24,000 nt of DNA. Source: Bacteroidales bacterium (GTDB taxonomy: Bacteria > Bacteroidota > Bacteroidia > Bacteroidales > G963667975). Position numbers and translations under genes: made by a program. Where the stretch lies: positions 1,124,056-1,148,055 of the forward strand of contig OY781965.2 of the NCBI GenBank assembly GCA_963677395.2. Direction: 5' to 3'. Position 1 is the first letter of the stretch. Each line of letters starts with the position of its first letter. Below the pieces are notes generated by a model, which saw only the letters and a program-made list of their open reading frames with translations, did no database searches and was not told the DNA's origin. Below are positions 8,931 through 16,193 of this stretch, piece by piece.

Positions 8931-8961
8931 ATGATTATATAAAATTATTTTATATAATCAT
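8931..8961. repeat. Perfect 14-bp inverted repeat (ATGATTATATAAAA-TTA-TTTTATATAATCAT) in the divergent intergenic region
   Basis: Read directly from the sequence. The arms are 8931-8944 and 8948-8961 with a 3-nt centre. It is almost entirely A/T. Confidence 0.6.
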
Positions 8962-9045
8962 TACCAGATTGCTAACTTTTGCAGTTTTAGATGAATCGCA
9001 GCGATCTTTCCTGTCATGCTTCAAAATAACGATAGTATTTTTTAT

Positions 9046-9053
9046 TATTTTTG
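9046..9053 (+). promoter_or_regulatory. Candidate -7 box TATTTTTG for xdhC-family gene
   Basis: Perfect TAnnTTTG on the plus strand, about 115 nt upstream of ATG 9169. The surrounding sequence TATTTTTGCTTC is identical to the promoter at 19737-19748 read on the minus strand. Confidence 0.45.
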
Positions 9054-9168
9054 CTTCGTTTGAAATTTACAGGCTGGTTGTTTTAGGGCGTTGAGTCATG
9101 AGAATCAGTGTAATTGATATTAAATACAGGCTGTAATGGATATTTATAATTAATTAAAACTATGTTTA

Positions 9169-9939
9169 ATGGTTGACTTACTCCTTTCAATACCAAATTG
9201 CTACAAAGATCCCCGGTCTTCGGCGTTGTGTATAGTTACCAATGTTAGTGGATCTACTCCGGGTAAAGCTGGCGCAAAAATGATTGTCTATAGTGATGGC
9301 AAAATTGAAGGCACTGTTGGTGGTGGTGGAATTGAGAAAATGGTGATAGCAAATGCTCTTGATGTAATTAAAACACAAACATCCCAATTCAAAGAATTCA
9401 ATCTTCAGAAAGATCTGGGTATGACTTGTGGAGGTGTTGTTAGTGTATATATTGAGCCTATTTCCAGGCCATCAAAGCTTTATATATTTGGATCCGGACA
9501 TATTGGAAAATATATTGCTCAATATGCACCTGATATGGGTTTTGATACTTACCTTGTTGATTGGAGAGAAGATTATTTTGTAAGTCCTGAAAATATTCAT
9601 TACACACAGGTTTACAAGCCTTATTTGGAAGCTGTAAATGATATTTATTTCGATGCTGATACCTATATTGTTATTGTAACTCCAAATCACGAAATGGATG
9701 AAGATGTTTTGGCAGCAGTTGGGAAAAAAGATTCAGCTTATGTGGGTTTAATCGGAAGTAGCAGAAAGGTGGATACACTGAAAAAATTATTTCTACAAGA
9801 TGGAATTCTAACTGAAGAAGAATTGAATCGTGTTGATATGCCTATTGGAATTAAATTTAATGCAATAACACCTGCCGAGATTGCCATTAGTATTATTGCG
9901 AAACTTATTGATGTTAAGAACACAAAAGCATCAAAATAA
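9169..9939 (+). CDS. XdhC-family molybdenum cofactor insertion/sulfuration chaperone
   Basis: 256 aa. The N-terminal XdhC/CoxI motif is GSTPGKAGAKMIVYSDGKIEGTVGGGGIE. The C-terminal Rossmann domain is LYIFGSGHIGKYIAQYAPDMGFDTYLVDWRE. It is the only plus-strand gene inside the cluster. Confidence 0.85.
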   Translation: MVDLLLSIPNCYKDPRSSALCIVTNVSGSTPGKAGAKMIVYSDGKIEGTVGGGGIEKMVIANALDVIKTQTSQFKEFNLQKDLGMTCGGVVSVYIEPISRPSKLYIFGSGHIGKYIAQYAPDMGFDTYLVDWREDYFVSPENIHYTQVYKPYLEAVNDIYFDADTYIVIVTPNHEMDEDVLAAVGKKDSAYVGLIGSSRKVDTLKKLFLQDGILTEEELNRVDMPIGIKFNAITPAEIAISIIAKLIDVKNTKASK

Positions 9940-9949
9940 AATTTGAGCA

Positions 9950-10540
9950 CTAGAATGTACTGTTGAAAAAGCTTGTGTATTCCTCAGGTGTATTAATATT
10001 TCTTAAAATAGTATCGGAATTTATTTCAATATCCATTTTTGGATAAGGCGTTAATATATCACGTAGAGTAAAGTTATTATCATTTAACTGAGATATTTTA
10101 TTAATGATAACTTGTGGTAAAAGAACAGGATGCCCGCCTTTTCCTTTATAAACAGGCGAACACCACGCGTAAGGATTTCTTTGTGCATAAAGTTTTTCAA
10201 TAACATCAATACTTACGAAAGGATTATCAACGTTTTGAATAAAACAGAAATCGCTTTCTTTTGCTTCCTGTGAAGCTATTCTGATTGAATAAAATCGTCC
10301 CCATTCGGGATACTCATTAATTACAAATGTTACATTTGGTTGTACTTGTAAGTCACGACATAAGGGTTCTGTTTTCTTATTAACCATACAAATAATTTTA
10401 CTGCAATCAGCACTTGTATATTCATTAATAATTTTTTCCAGAAATGTTGTAGTATCATCCCATTTAAGAAGAGCTTTTGGTTTTCCCATTCTTTCTGAAA
10501 AGCCTGATGCGAGTATTATTGTTATAGAATTGCGATCCAT
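9950..10540 (-). CDS. MobA/MocA-like nucleotidyltransferase (probable Moco cytidylyl/guanylyl-transferase; DVU_1551-type)
   Basis: 196 aa. The N-terminal motif IILASGFSERMGKPKALL matches the MobA-like NTP-transferase signature LAgG.S.RMG..Kall. Confidence 0.8.
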   Translation of the reverse strand: MDRNSITIILASGFSERMGKPKALLKWDDTTTFLEKIINEYTSADCSKIICMVNKKTEPLCRDLQVQPNVTFVINEYPEWGRFYSIRIASQEAKESDFCFIQNVDNPFVSIDVIEKLYAQRNPYAWCSPVYKGKGGHPVLLPQVIINKISQLNDNNFTLRDILTPYPKMDIEINSDTILRNINTPEEYTSFFNSTF

Positions 10541-10590
10541 TTTGTATTTTTTGCGAGATTATATAAAATAATTATCAATGCAATAGATTT

Positions 10591-11823
10591 TTAATCCGTT
10601 TTATGACTTTCAATATGAATTCGTCTTTTTCCTCTGTGTGTAAAAGGATCTGCATTGCAATATTGAATTTTGACGTTTATTTCTTTTGGCAAATTTGCGA
10701 TGAGTGAATCTTCATCAATAAAGCTATCGGCTTCAATATTTAGAAGTAATGTATTTTTTTCTTTTTTCTGAATAAGCTTTGCATTAAAGCCACGAGCAAT
10801 AGGGTTTGCAAAAATTATTTCATCTAATTGATGAATACTTATTGTATTATCTCCAATGGGAATATTGCTTTCAATTCTCCCTTCAACTCTTCCTAATCTG
10901 TGAAGAGAACCTCCGCAACCGCAAGGTTTTTCAATGATGCTGGAAATGTTGCCCGTACGGTATCGAATAAGAGGCATAGCTTCATTAGAAAGTGTTGTTA
11001 TTACGATTTCTCCACTTTTGCCTTCTATGACTGGTTTTCCCGTTTTAGGATTAATAATTTCAAATATGAAATCAGCATCCCGCAAATGATACCCGTTGTG
11101 TTGTTCGCAATCAACAGCACAGCCGAAACCAAACTCAGTATGTCCATAATGAGAGAATACATTGCATTTCCAAGTTTCTCTAATACTTTCGATTACACTT
11201 TGAGGAACATAATCAGCTGTAAGGAGTACACTTTTAGGGCGTAGATTTTGCTCAACGCGACTCATATAGAGTATTTCTGCCGGCATACCAATTAAACAAT
11301 CAGCATCTTTAGATGCTTTAATTGCAGCATTCGCTGTTTTAATAGTTCCTGTTATTTCTGAGGAAACACCTATTCTCAAAAGACTATTTTTGAGAAGACT
11401 GCCTAAACTGTTTTCAGTTCTGTTTGATATAAGAATTTGTACATGCTCTCCTTTGTGTACCATTGTTTTCATGCCAGTTGCAAAGAAATTTACGGTTCTT
11501 TCAAGGTCTGCCTTTGAAAAAAAGATACGCTTTTTCAGAAGAGTGGTTCCAGAGTTAGCGAGAGTAGTTACTCTAGCAACTAAACTTTGCGGAATGGACA
11601 GAAAAGCAAATGGATCATTTGCAATATCTGATGGGAAAGTGAATGGTAGTTCGGTTATATTTTTTGTAGAATGAAGCTTTCTTTGATAAAACCTTGATTT
11701 TTCGCTTGCGTATTGAATCAAAGTTTGAAGCTTTTCAAGTTGCCAATCGCGTAATGTTTCAGGATTTAGATTTTCCAAAAGGCCTGTTTGTTGAGCAACC
11801 CAAGTATTTATTGGTGAAGTCAT
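10591..11823 (-). CDS. Adenylate-forming enzyme, PaaK/coenzyme F390 synthetase-like (DVU_1553-type AMP-dependent ligase)
   Basis: The ORF runs 10591..11871. I prefer the internal ATG at 11823, which gives MTSPINTW.., because it forms a TGATG stop/start overlap with the methyltransferase. The size, the SGTT motif (ANSGTTLLKKRIF) and the HYGHTEFG segment fit the PaaK-like subfamily of the ANL superfamily. Confidence 0.8.
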   Translation of the reverse strand: MTSPINTWVAQQTGLLENLNPETLRDWQLEKLQTLIQYASEKSRFYQRKLHSTKNITELPFTFPSDIANDPFAFLSIPQSLVARVTTLANSGTTLLKKRIFFSKADLERTVNFFATGMKTMVHKGEHVQILISNRTENSLGSLLKNSLLRIGVSSEITGTIKTANAAIKASKDADCLIGMPAEILYMSRVEQNLRPKSVLLTADYVPQSVIESIRETWKCNVFSHYGHTEFGFGCAVDCEQHNGYHLRDADFIFEIINPKTGKPVIEGKSGEIVITTLSNEAMPLIRYRTGNISSIIEKPCGCGGSLHRLGRVEGRIESNIPIGDNTISIHQLDEIIFANPIARGFNAKLIQKKEKNTLLLNIEADSFIDEDSLIANLPKEINVKIQYCNADPFTHRGKRRIHIESHKTD

Positions 11824-12461
11824 CACTTGTTTTGTGTATTCTTTTTTGCTACGATAAGATAATAACCACATTTTATGCGTTTCATAGCATCAGGATTTAT
11901 GCCTAATTCGCAATAGAAAGATTTTGCTCCTTTATCAAAAATCATTTGCCCCCACATTGCTTTAAGATGAGTAGAAAAATCTTCAAAAAGCTCTATGGTA
12001 AAACCTTTATTTTCGAGCAGAAGGATAATATTTTCTTTTGTATCAACTCGCCCCAGACAGCCCGTTAAATGCGTTGCTTCGCCACGTGCATATATATCTG
12101 AAATCATCAAATGACCATCCGTTTTCAAAACACGATGGCACTCTTTCAATACCGTTTCCTGATTATTGACTACAGAAAAACTGCATTCCATTAGAATCCC
12201 ATTAAAAGACACATTAGGAAACGGTATCTTTTCAGCCGAAGCTTTTAAGATGTTTGGATTCGACGACTCCTCATTCGGATCAAGTCCCAAAGCTTCTAAA
12301 CCATAATTTTTAACGATATGATCAATTGTAGAACCAAATCCACAACCCAAATCAAGAATTTTCGCATGCGTTGGAAAAGAACAGAAACGAAGGGCTCTAT
12401 CTGTTATGATAAAACCTCCGGGACGGTTTACGATACAACTTACGTTATTTACTGATCCCAT
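11823..12461 (-). CDS. Class I SAM-dependent methyltransferase (DVU_1556-type)
   Basis: SAM-binding motif I is ILDLGCGFGS, followed by a later HLMISD acidic loop. The start in the ORF track (12482) is a TTG. The first ATG is 12461 (MGSVNN..) and overlaps the radical SAM stop by 13 nt. Confidence 0.8.
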   Translation of the reverse strand: MGSVNNVSCIVNRPGGFIITDRALRFCSFPTHAKILDLGCGFGSTIDHIVKNYGLEALGLDPNEESSNPNILKASAEKIPFPNVSFNGILMECSFSVVNNQETVLKECHRVLKTDGHLMISDIYARGEATHLTGCLGRVDTKENIILLLENKGFTIELFEDFSTHLKAMWGQMIFDKGAKSFYCELGINPDAMKRIKCGYYLIVAKKNTQNK

Positions 12462-13750
12462 CCTGTAAGATAATGTGAACAAAAAGTGACAATATTCCCG
12501 TTATCGTAGACATGCAGACTGCATTTTCGAAGTCGGGAAAAATCAATATTTCCAGCATCCTGAAAAGCCATTGAAGTAACGGTAAAACCGTGTGTTTTTG
12601 AACGTTTTAGGAAATATTCCATATCATGAATATCTCCGTAACCTGGATCTTCACCAACATTTTCCACCAGTGGTCTTTCCCATCGTTTTGCAACGAAATT
12701 CCTGTTCATATCGGCCGGAGATGAATCACAACAGCATTTTTTCTCCATTCTTCCCCGTTTTAACAGCGGAAATAAGCTATTCTGTTCTACAATAAAATCT
12801 CCATGAAATCCACACAATGGATGATCACAGGCTGAAGGAAGTAAATTCTCAGTTTTAATCAACCCACCCGATTGCTTATTGATTTCATAAACCAATTCAT
12901 CGAGGGTGATACGTTCATTATCAGTCGGTATTTTGGGCACACGTCCCATATATGTTGCTGGTTGAAAATGCACTCCACGAACTTTAGGCGATTCGGAAAT
13001 AGCAAACTTGATGATGTCTCCAATGTTATGCATATTTACGCCACGAACCAATGTTGGGACAAGGGTTACTCCAATATTATAAACAGCGCAATTTTCAATT
13101 GCTTGTTGTTTTATTTTCAGGAGTGATTTTCCACGGATACTTTTATAAATTGCATCTTCTGTACCGTCAAATTGCATAAAAACGAATGATAGTCCAGCTT
13201 CAGCAAGCTTTTTCACAAGCTGTAGATCTTCACCCAACCGAACTCCATTGGAATTAAGCTGCACATATTTTGCACCCGCTTCTTTCGCCACTTTGATAAT
13301 TTCGGGAAGATCCTCGCGGATTGTTGGTTCGCCACCACTTAGCTGAATCAGGGTTTTATCTTTTTCTATGATGCGAACAAGCGATGCCTTGATCTCTTCA
13401 AACGAAGGCTCTTCTTTGCTGTCGCACTGGTCGGCCAAACAAAAGTTGCAATTTAGATTACAGATGTTCGTAATATTCAATACCACACAACATGTTTTCT
13501 GAAGATGATCCGAGCATAACCCACATCCGTCGGGGCATTTTGGATTGTCGAGCGGAATTACATCCGAATCCCTAATCCACTCATCAATATCAGAAAACCC
13601 GCGCCAAATAATAGTTTCGAAATCACCATGTTCATCGCATGTTTTTTTCAAAAAAACTTCTTTCCCAACCTGTACACGTTCAGCGGGCAGACGTTTCATG
13701 CAAACAGGACAAACACTCCATGTCTTAAAAAGAACTGTTGGTTCTTTCAT
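12449..13750 (-). CDS. Radical SAM enzyme with N-terminal Cys-rich zinc-ribbon-like segment (TrsS-like, Cys form)
   Basis: 433 aa. The canonical CX3CX2C motif is present in ITNICNLNCNFCLA. The N-terminus has CPVC..(17)..CDEHG. The C-terminal region is Cys-rich (KKCCCDSS, LRKCSLHVY, FCSHY). I saw no in-frame TGA. Confidence 0.9.
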   Translation of the reverse strand: MKEPTVLFKTWSVCPVCMKRLPAERVQVGKEVFLKKTCDEHGDFETIIWRGFSDIDEWIRDSDVIPLDNPKCPDGCGLCSDHLQKTCCVVLNITNICNLNCNFCLADQCDSKEEPSFEEIKASLVRIIEKDKTLIQLSGGEPTIREDLPEIIKVAKEAGAKYVQLNSNGVRLGEDLQLVKKLAEAGLSFVFMQFDGTEDAIYKSIRGKSLLKIKQQAIENCAVYNIGVTLVPTLVRGVNMHNIGDIIKFAISESPKVRGVHFQPATYMGRVPKIPTDNERITLDELVYEINKQSGGLIKTENLLPSACDHPLCGFHGDFIVEQNSLFPLLKRGRMEKKCCCDSSPADMNRNFVAKRWERPLVENVGEDPGYGDIHDMEYFLKRSKTHGFTVTSMAFQDAGNIDFSRLRKCSLHVYDNGNIVTFCSHYLTGWDQ

Positions 13751-13751
13751 C

Positions 13752-13946
13752 TTATTTATCCTCCATTTGCATCTCGACTTCCGAAATGCGACCTTTTACA
13801 AGCTCTTCGGAGATGTAAACCAAGCCACATTGAGGACACTTTGGCAAGTCGGTGAAGAAACTATAACCGAGATAAGTAAAATCAGTTTTTTTAAGTACTA
13901 ACTCCTTATCACATTTGCCACAAATGAGTTTCTTTTTTTCGGACAT
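13752..13946 (-). CDS. 64-aa CxxC...CxxC zinc-ribbon/rubredoxin-like small protein (DVU_1557-type)
   Basis: The sequence is MSEKKKLICGKCDKE...LPKCPQCGLVY.., with two CxxC pairs about 30 residues apart. Its ATG directly abuts the upstream stop, and its own stop is 1 nt before the radical SAM ATG. Confidence 0.65.
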   Translation of the reverse strand: MSEKKKLICGKCDKELVLKKTDFTYLGYSFFTDLPKCPQCGLVYISEELVKGRISEVEMQMEDK

Positions 13947-16190
13947 TTATACCTCCTCTATTTTCATACGGTGACTGTACGCATTTATCAGTTCAAATTG
14001 ATTTTTTTGTTTAATCCGATATTCCACCCAGTAAGTAGCGTTACCTATTTGCATATATCCTGTGAATGTTTCATCTTCAGGGTCAAACAGTTTGCTTCCG
14101 CTTTGTTCACAATTTTTAATTACAGCACAGACATCTGTTTCCAAAATATACTTCTTGTTTAGCTTTTCTTTAAGCTCTTGTGAAATAACCACTTCAAAAT
14201 CAGGTTTTCCCATTGTTTTCTCTTCCTTCCAAAACTCTTTAAGCAATTGTGCTTTCAACTGAATTCGATTTTCTCTTCGCTCTGAAATGGTTGGCAAAGG
14301 ACTATTTTCGTTATCCAAATCAAAAATAATATCAAAAATATGCCATGTTCTTTTCTTTGCAGAAACGAAGGTATCACGGCAATTTGAACAATATGTGATG
14401 TATGGATTATCATTTTGTTCAACCCTTTTTTTTGCCGAATGTTCTACATAAGGTGGATATGCAATAGCTACTTGACCACCATAACTGCAACATTCGGCAA
14501 GTTTTCCTTCCATTGGCAGAGACTCAAGGTTAAACCCCGCTTTAGTTGCCAATGTACGAATAGATTTTTGCAATTCAGGCTCATGACGACTTGAGCAGGG
14601 GTCGAATACAGAAGCTATTTCTACTTTACTTTTATTAAAGAGGTGACTTCCTTTTTCTTCAATGATGTTATAAATAAATAGCCCTTCAATTTCGGGTAAA
14701 AACCGTTGAAACATCTGTTTACAGGTAGGACATGCGAAAATAGCTATTGGTTTCCCAAGATTCATCCAATCATCCTTGATCTTTTCAAGGGTTTTGTTGT
14801 GATTTTCCACATCTCCGGCCCAATCAGCAGGAGCACCACAGCAATTCAGCATTAATGCGATGTCTGGAAAGTGTTTTGTCAGGAATTTATAACTTTCGGT
14901 TACGTAACGAGGGTCAGAAGCACCAAGTTGGCAACCGGGAAAAAACATATATTGACTTTTATCATGTCCTTGTGCAGTCTTTGCAAGTGCAGCTTCATTG
15001 TTCGAAAATTCCATATCTCTCATATAGAATTCATGGAATGCCCATGGCATGGCGACTTTTTGATGCATCGCCTGCATACTTACCCGTAAAAATTCACCCG
15101 TATCAATATCTTTAGGGCAAACTTCTTTACATAATCCACAATGATTACAGGTGGAAATAAGTCTTGTGCAAACAGTTCCGTTCCCGTCTAAAGTACTGGG
15201 TCGTATTGTTACCTCAACTTCATCCGCAAAACGCTTGGGGTATTTCTTAAAATAGTTCATTAGCGGAGAGAAGTGAACACAAGCATCACAAGCACACTTA
15301 AGACAACGATTGGCTTCTGCTATCGACTCTTCTTTTGTGTATGTTTTTCCATCCAATGGCATTACTGTTTCGGCTTTAATTACCCGAATGGCATCGTGAA
15401 GCAATTTGGTGCCTTTAACTTCTACAGGATGATTCATGTAATTAGTCTTCAGGAATCTTTCTATTGCAACAGAAACCTGTAAGCCTTGAGCAATTGCATG
15501 CATGGTATCCGCACCAGTGATGGAACCACCGATAAAAACACCCTCTTTATTGCTGGCAAATGCCCCTTCATTGCCCTGAATAAGTCCAAAATCATTTCCA
15601 TCTTTCCCTGTGGCAACATAAATTGCATCAAAGTTTAAATCATCCAAATTTGTCACTTCAGTATTGAGCAAAAGAGTGTAGTTTTCGTGTGAAAACTGCT
15701 TATCAATATCCGCCAAAAATATTCCTGTGTCAAGCAGGTTATAAAGATGCCCCCCAATTCGATCCGATTTTTCGAAAATCGTTACCGCATATTTTTTTGT
15801 GGTCAACCGAAGAGCGCATGCAAGACCACTGATACCGCCACCGATTATCGCAATTCGTTTATCTTTTGGTGGCATATTGTATTGATCCGGTTCTGTATTT
15901 CGGGCAAAGTTCATCGAAGCTATTTCAAGTTGCATCATTGAAATCGAACCACCCGCCTCTTTCATAGGACAAACTATTTTGCACGGCTCGTTACACAAAG
16001 CAGAAACAATGCCCGGAAAACCTACTGTATTTTGATATGTTTTGTATGCTACATTAAAACGACCTTGCTGTATCTTGCCAATAAAGTCACGAACATCAAG
16101 GCTGAACGGGCATTCAGCTGTGCAAAATGCCCGTTCGTTTTGTAAACATTCAGAAATAAATTCATTATTTGATTCCATAAATGTGATCAT
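13947..16190 (-). CDS. Multidomain oxidoreductase: GltD-like Fe-S N-terminus, FAD/NAD(P) Rossmann domain, 2x[4Fe-4S] ferredoxin domain, two CCG (HdrD/GlpC-like) Cys-rich domains and an unknown C-terminal domain
   Basis: 747 aa. Motifs, in order:
- C..AECPF and CNEPCKIVCP
- the dinucleotide fold RIAIIGGGISGLACALRL
- CLKCACDACVHF and CNHCGLCKEVCP
- CCG-type motifs FPGCQL, LNCCGAP, FACPTC, DPCSSRH and ECCSYGG. Confidence 0.9.
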   Translation of the reverse strand: MITFMESNNEFISECLQNERAFCTAECPFSLDVRDFIGKIQQGRFNVAYKTYQNTVGFPGIVSALCNEPCKIVCPMKEAGGSISMMQLEIASMNFARNTEPDQYNMPPKDKRIAIIGGGISGLACALRLTTKKYAVTIFEKSDRIGGHLYNLLDTGIFLADIDKQFSHENYTLLLNTEVTNLDDLNFDAIYVATGKDGNDFGLIQGNEGAFASNKEGVFIGGSITGADTMHAIAQGLQVSVAIERFLKTNYMNHPVEVKGTKLLHDAIRVIKAETVMPLDGKTYTKEESIAEANRCLKCACDACVHFSPLMNYFKKYPKRFADEVEVTIRPSTLDGNGTVCTRLISTCNHCGLCKEVCPKDIDTGEFLRVSMQAMHQKVAMPWAFHEFYMRDMEFSNNEAALAKTAQGHDKSQYMFFPGCQLGASDPRYVTESYKFLTKHFPDIALMLNCCGAPADWAGDVENHNKTLEKIKDDWMNLGKPIAIFACPTCKQMFQRFLPEIEGLFIYNIIEEKGSHLFNKSKVEIASVFDPCSSRHEPELQKSIRTLATKAGFNLESLPMEGKLAECCSYGGQVAIAYPPYVEHSAKKRVEQNDNPYITYCSNCRDTFVSAKKRTWHIFDIIFDLDNENSPLPTISERRENRIQLKAQLLKEFWKEEKTMGKPDFEVVISQELKEKLNKKYILETDVCAVIKNCEQSGSKLFDPEDETFTGYMQIGNATYWVEYRIKQKNQFELINAYSHRMKIEEV

Positions 16191-16193
16191 CTA

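Noticed and set aside
8991-9029. 12-codon mini-ORF MNRSDLSCHASK upstream of xdhC
   Set aside because: It is too short, has no supporting signal and lies upstream of the predicted -7 box, so it would not be on the xdhC transcript.
9068-9133. 9-bp direct repeat TACAGGCTG (9068-9076 and 9125-9133) in the xdhC leader
   Set aside because: A single 9-mer recurrence in 24 kb is compatible with chance, and I saw no further structure.
8800-9168. Moco/Wco riboswitch in the leaders of the cluster's transcription units (also 19592-19712)
   Set aside because: The leaders are extremely AT-rich and lack the GC-rich paired core I associate with the Moco RNA motif. This cannot be excluded without a covariance-model scan.
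11824-11871. N-terminal extension of the ligase (MWLLSYRSKKEYTKQV)
   Set aside because: It overlaps the methyltransferase by 49 nt. The internal ATG at 11823 gives a TGATG coupled junction and is the more plausible start.
12449-13750. Possible selenocysteine (in-frame TGA) in the TrsS-like radical SAM protein or its neighbours
   Set aside because: All cluster ORFs are continuous with ordinary stops and no split-ORF pattern around a TGA. The C-terminal region carries Cys where a Sec might be expected. No SECIS-like evidence was sought beyond this.
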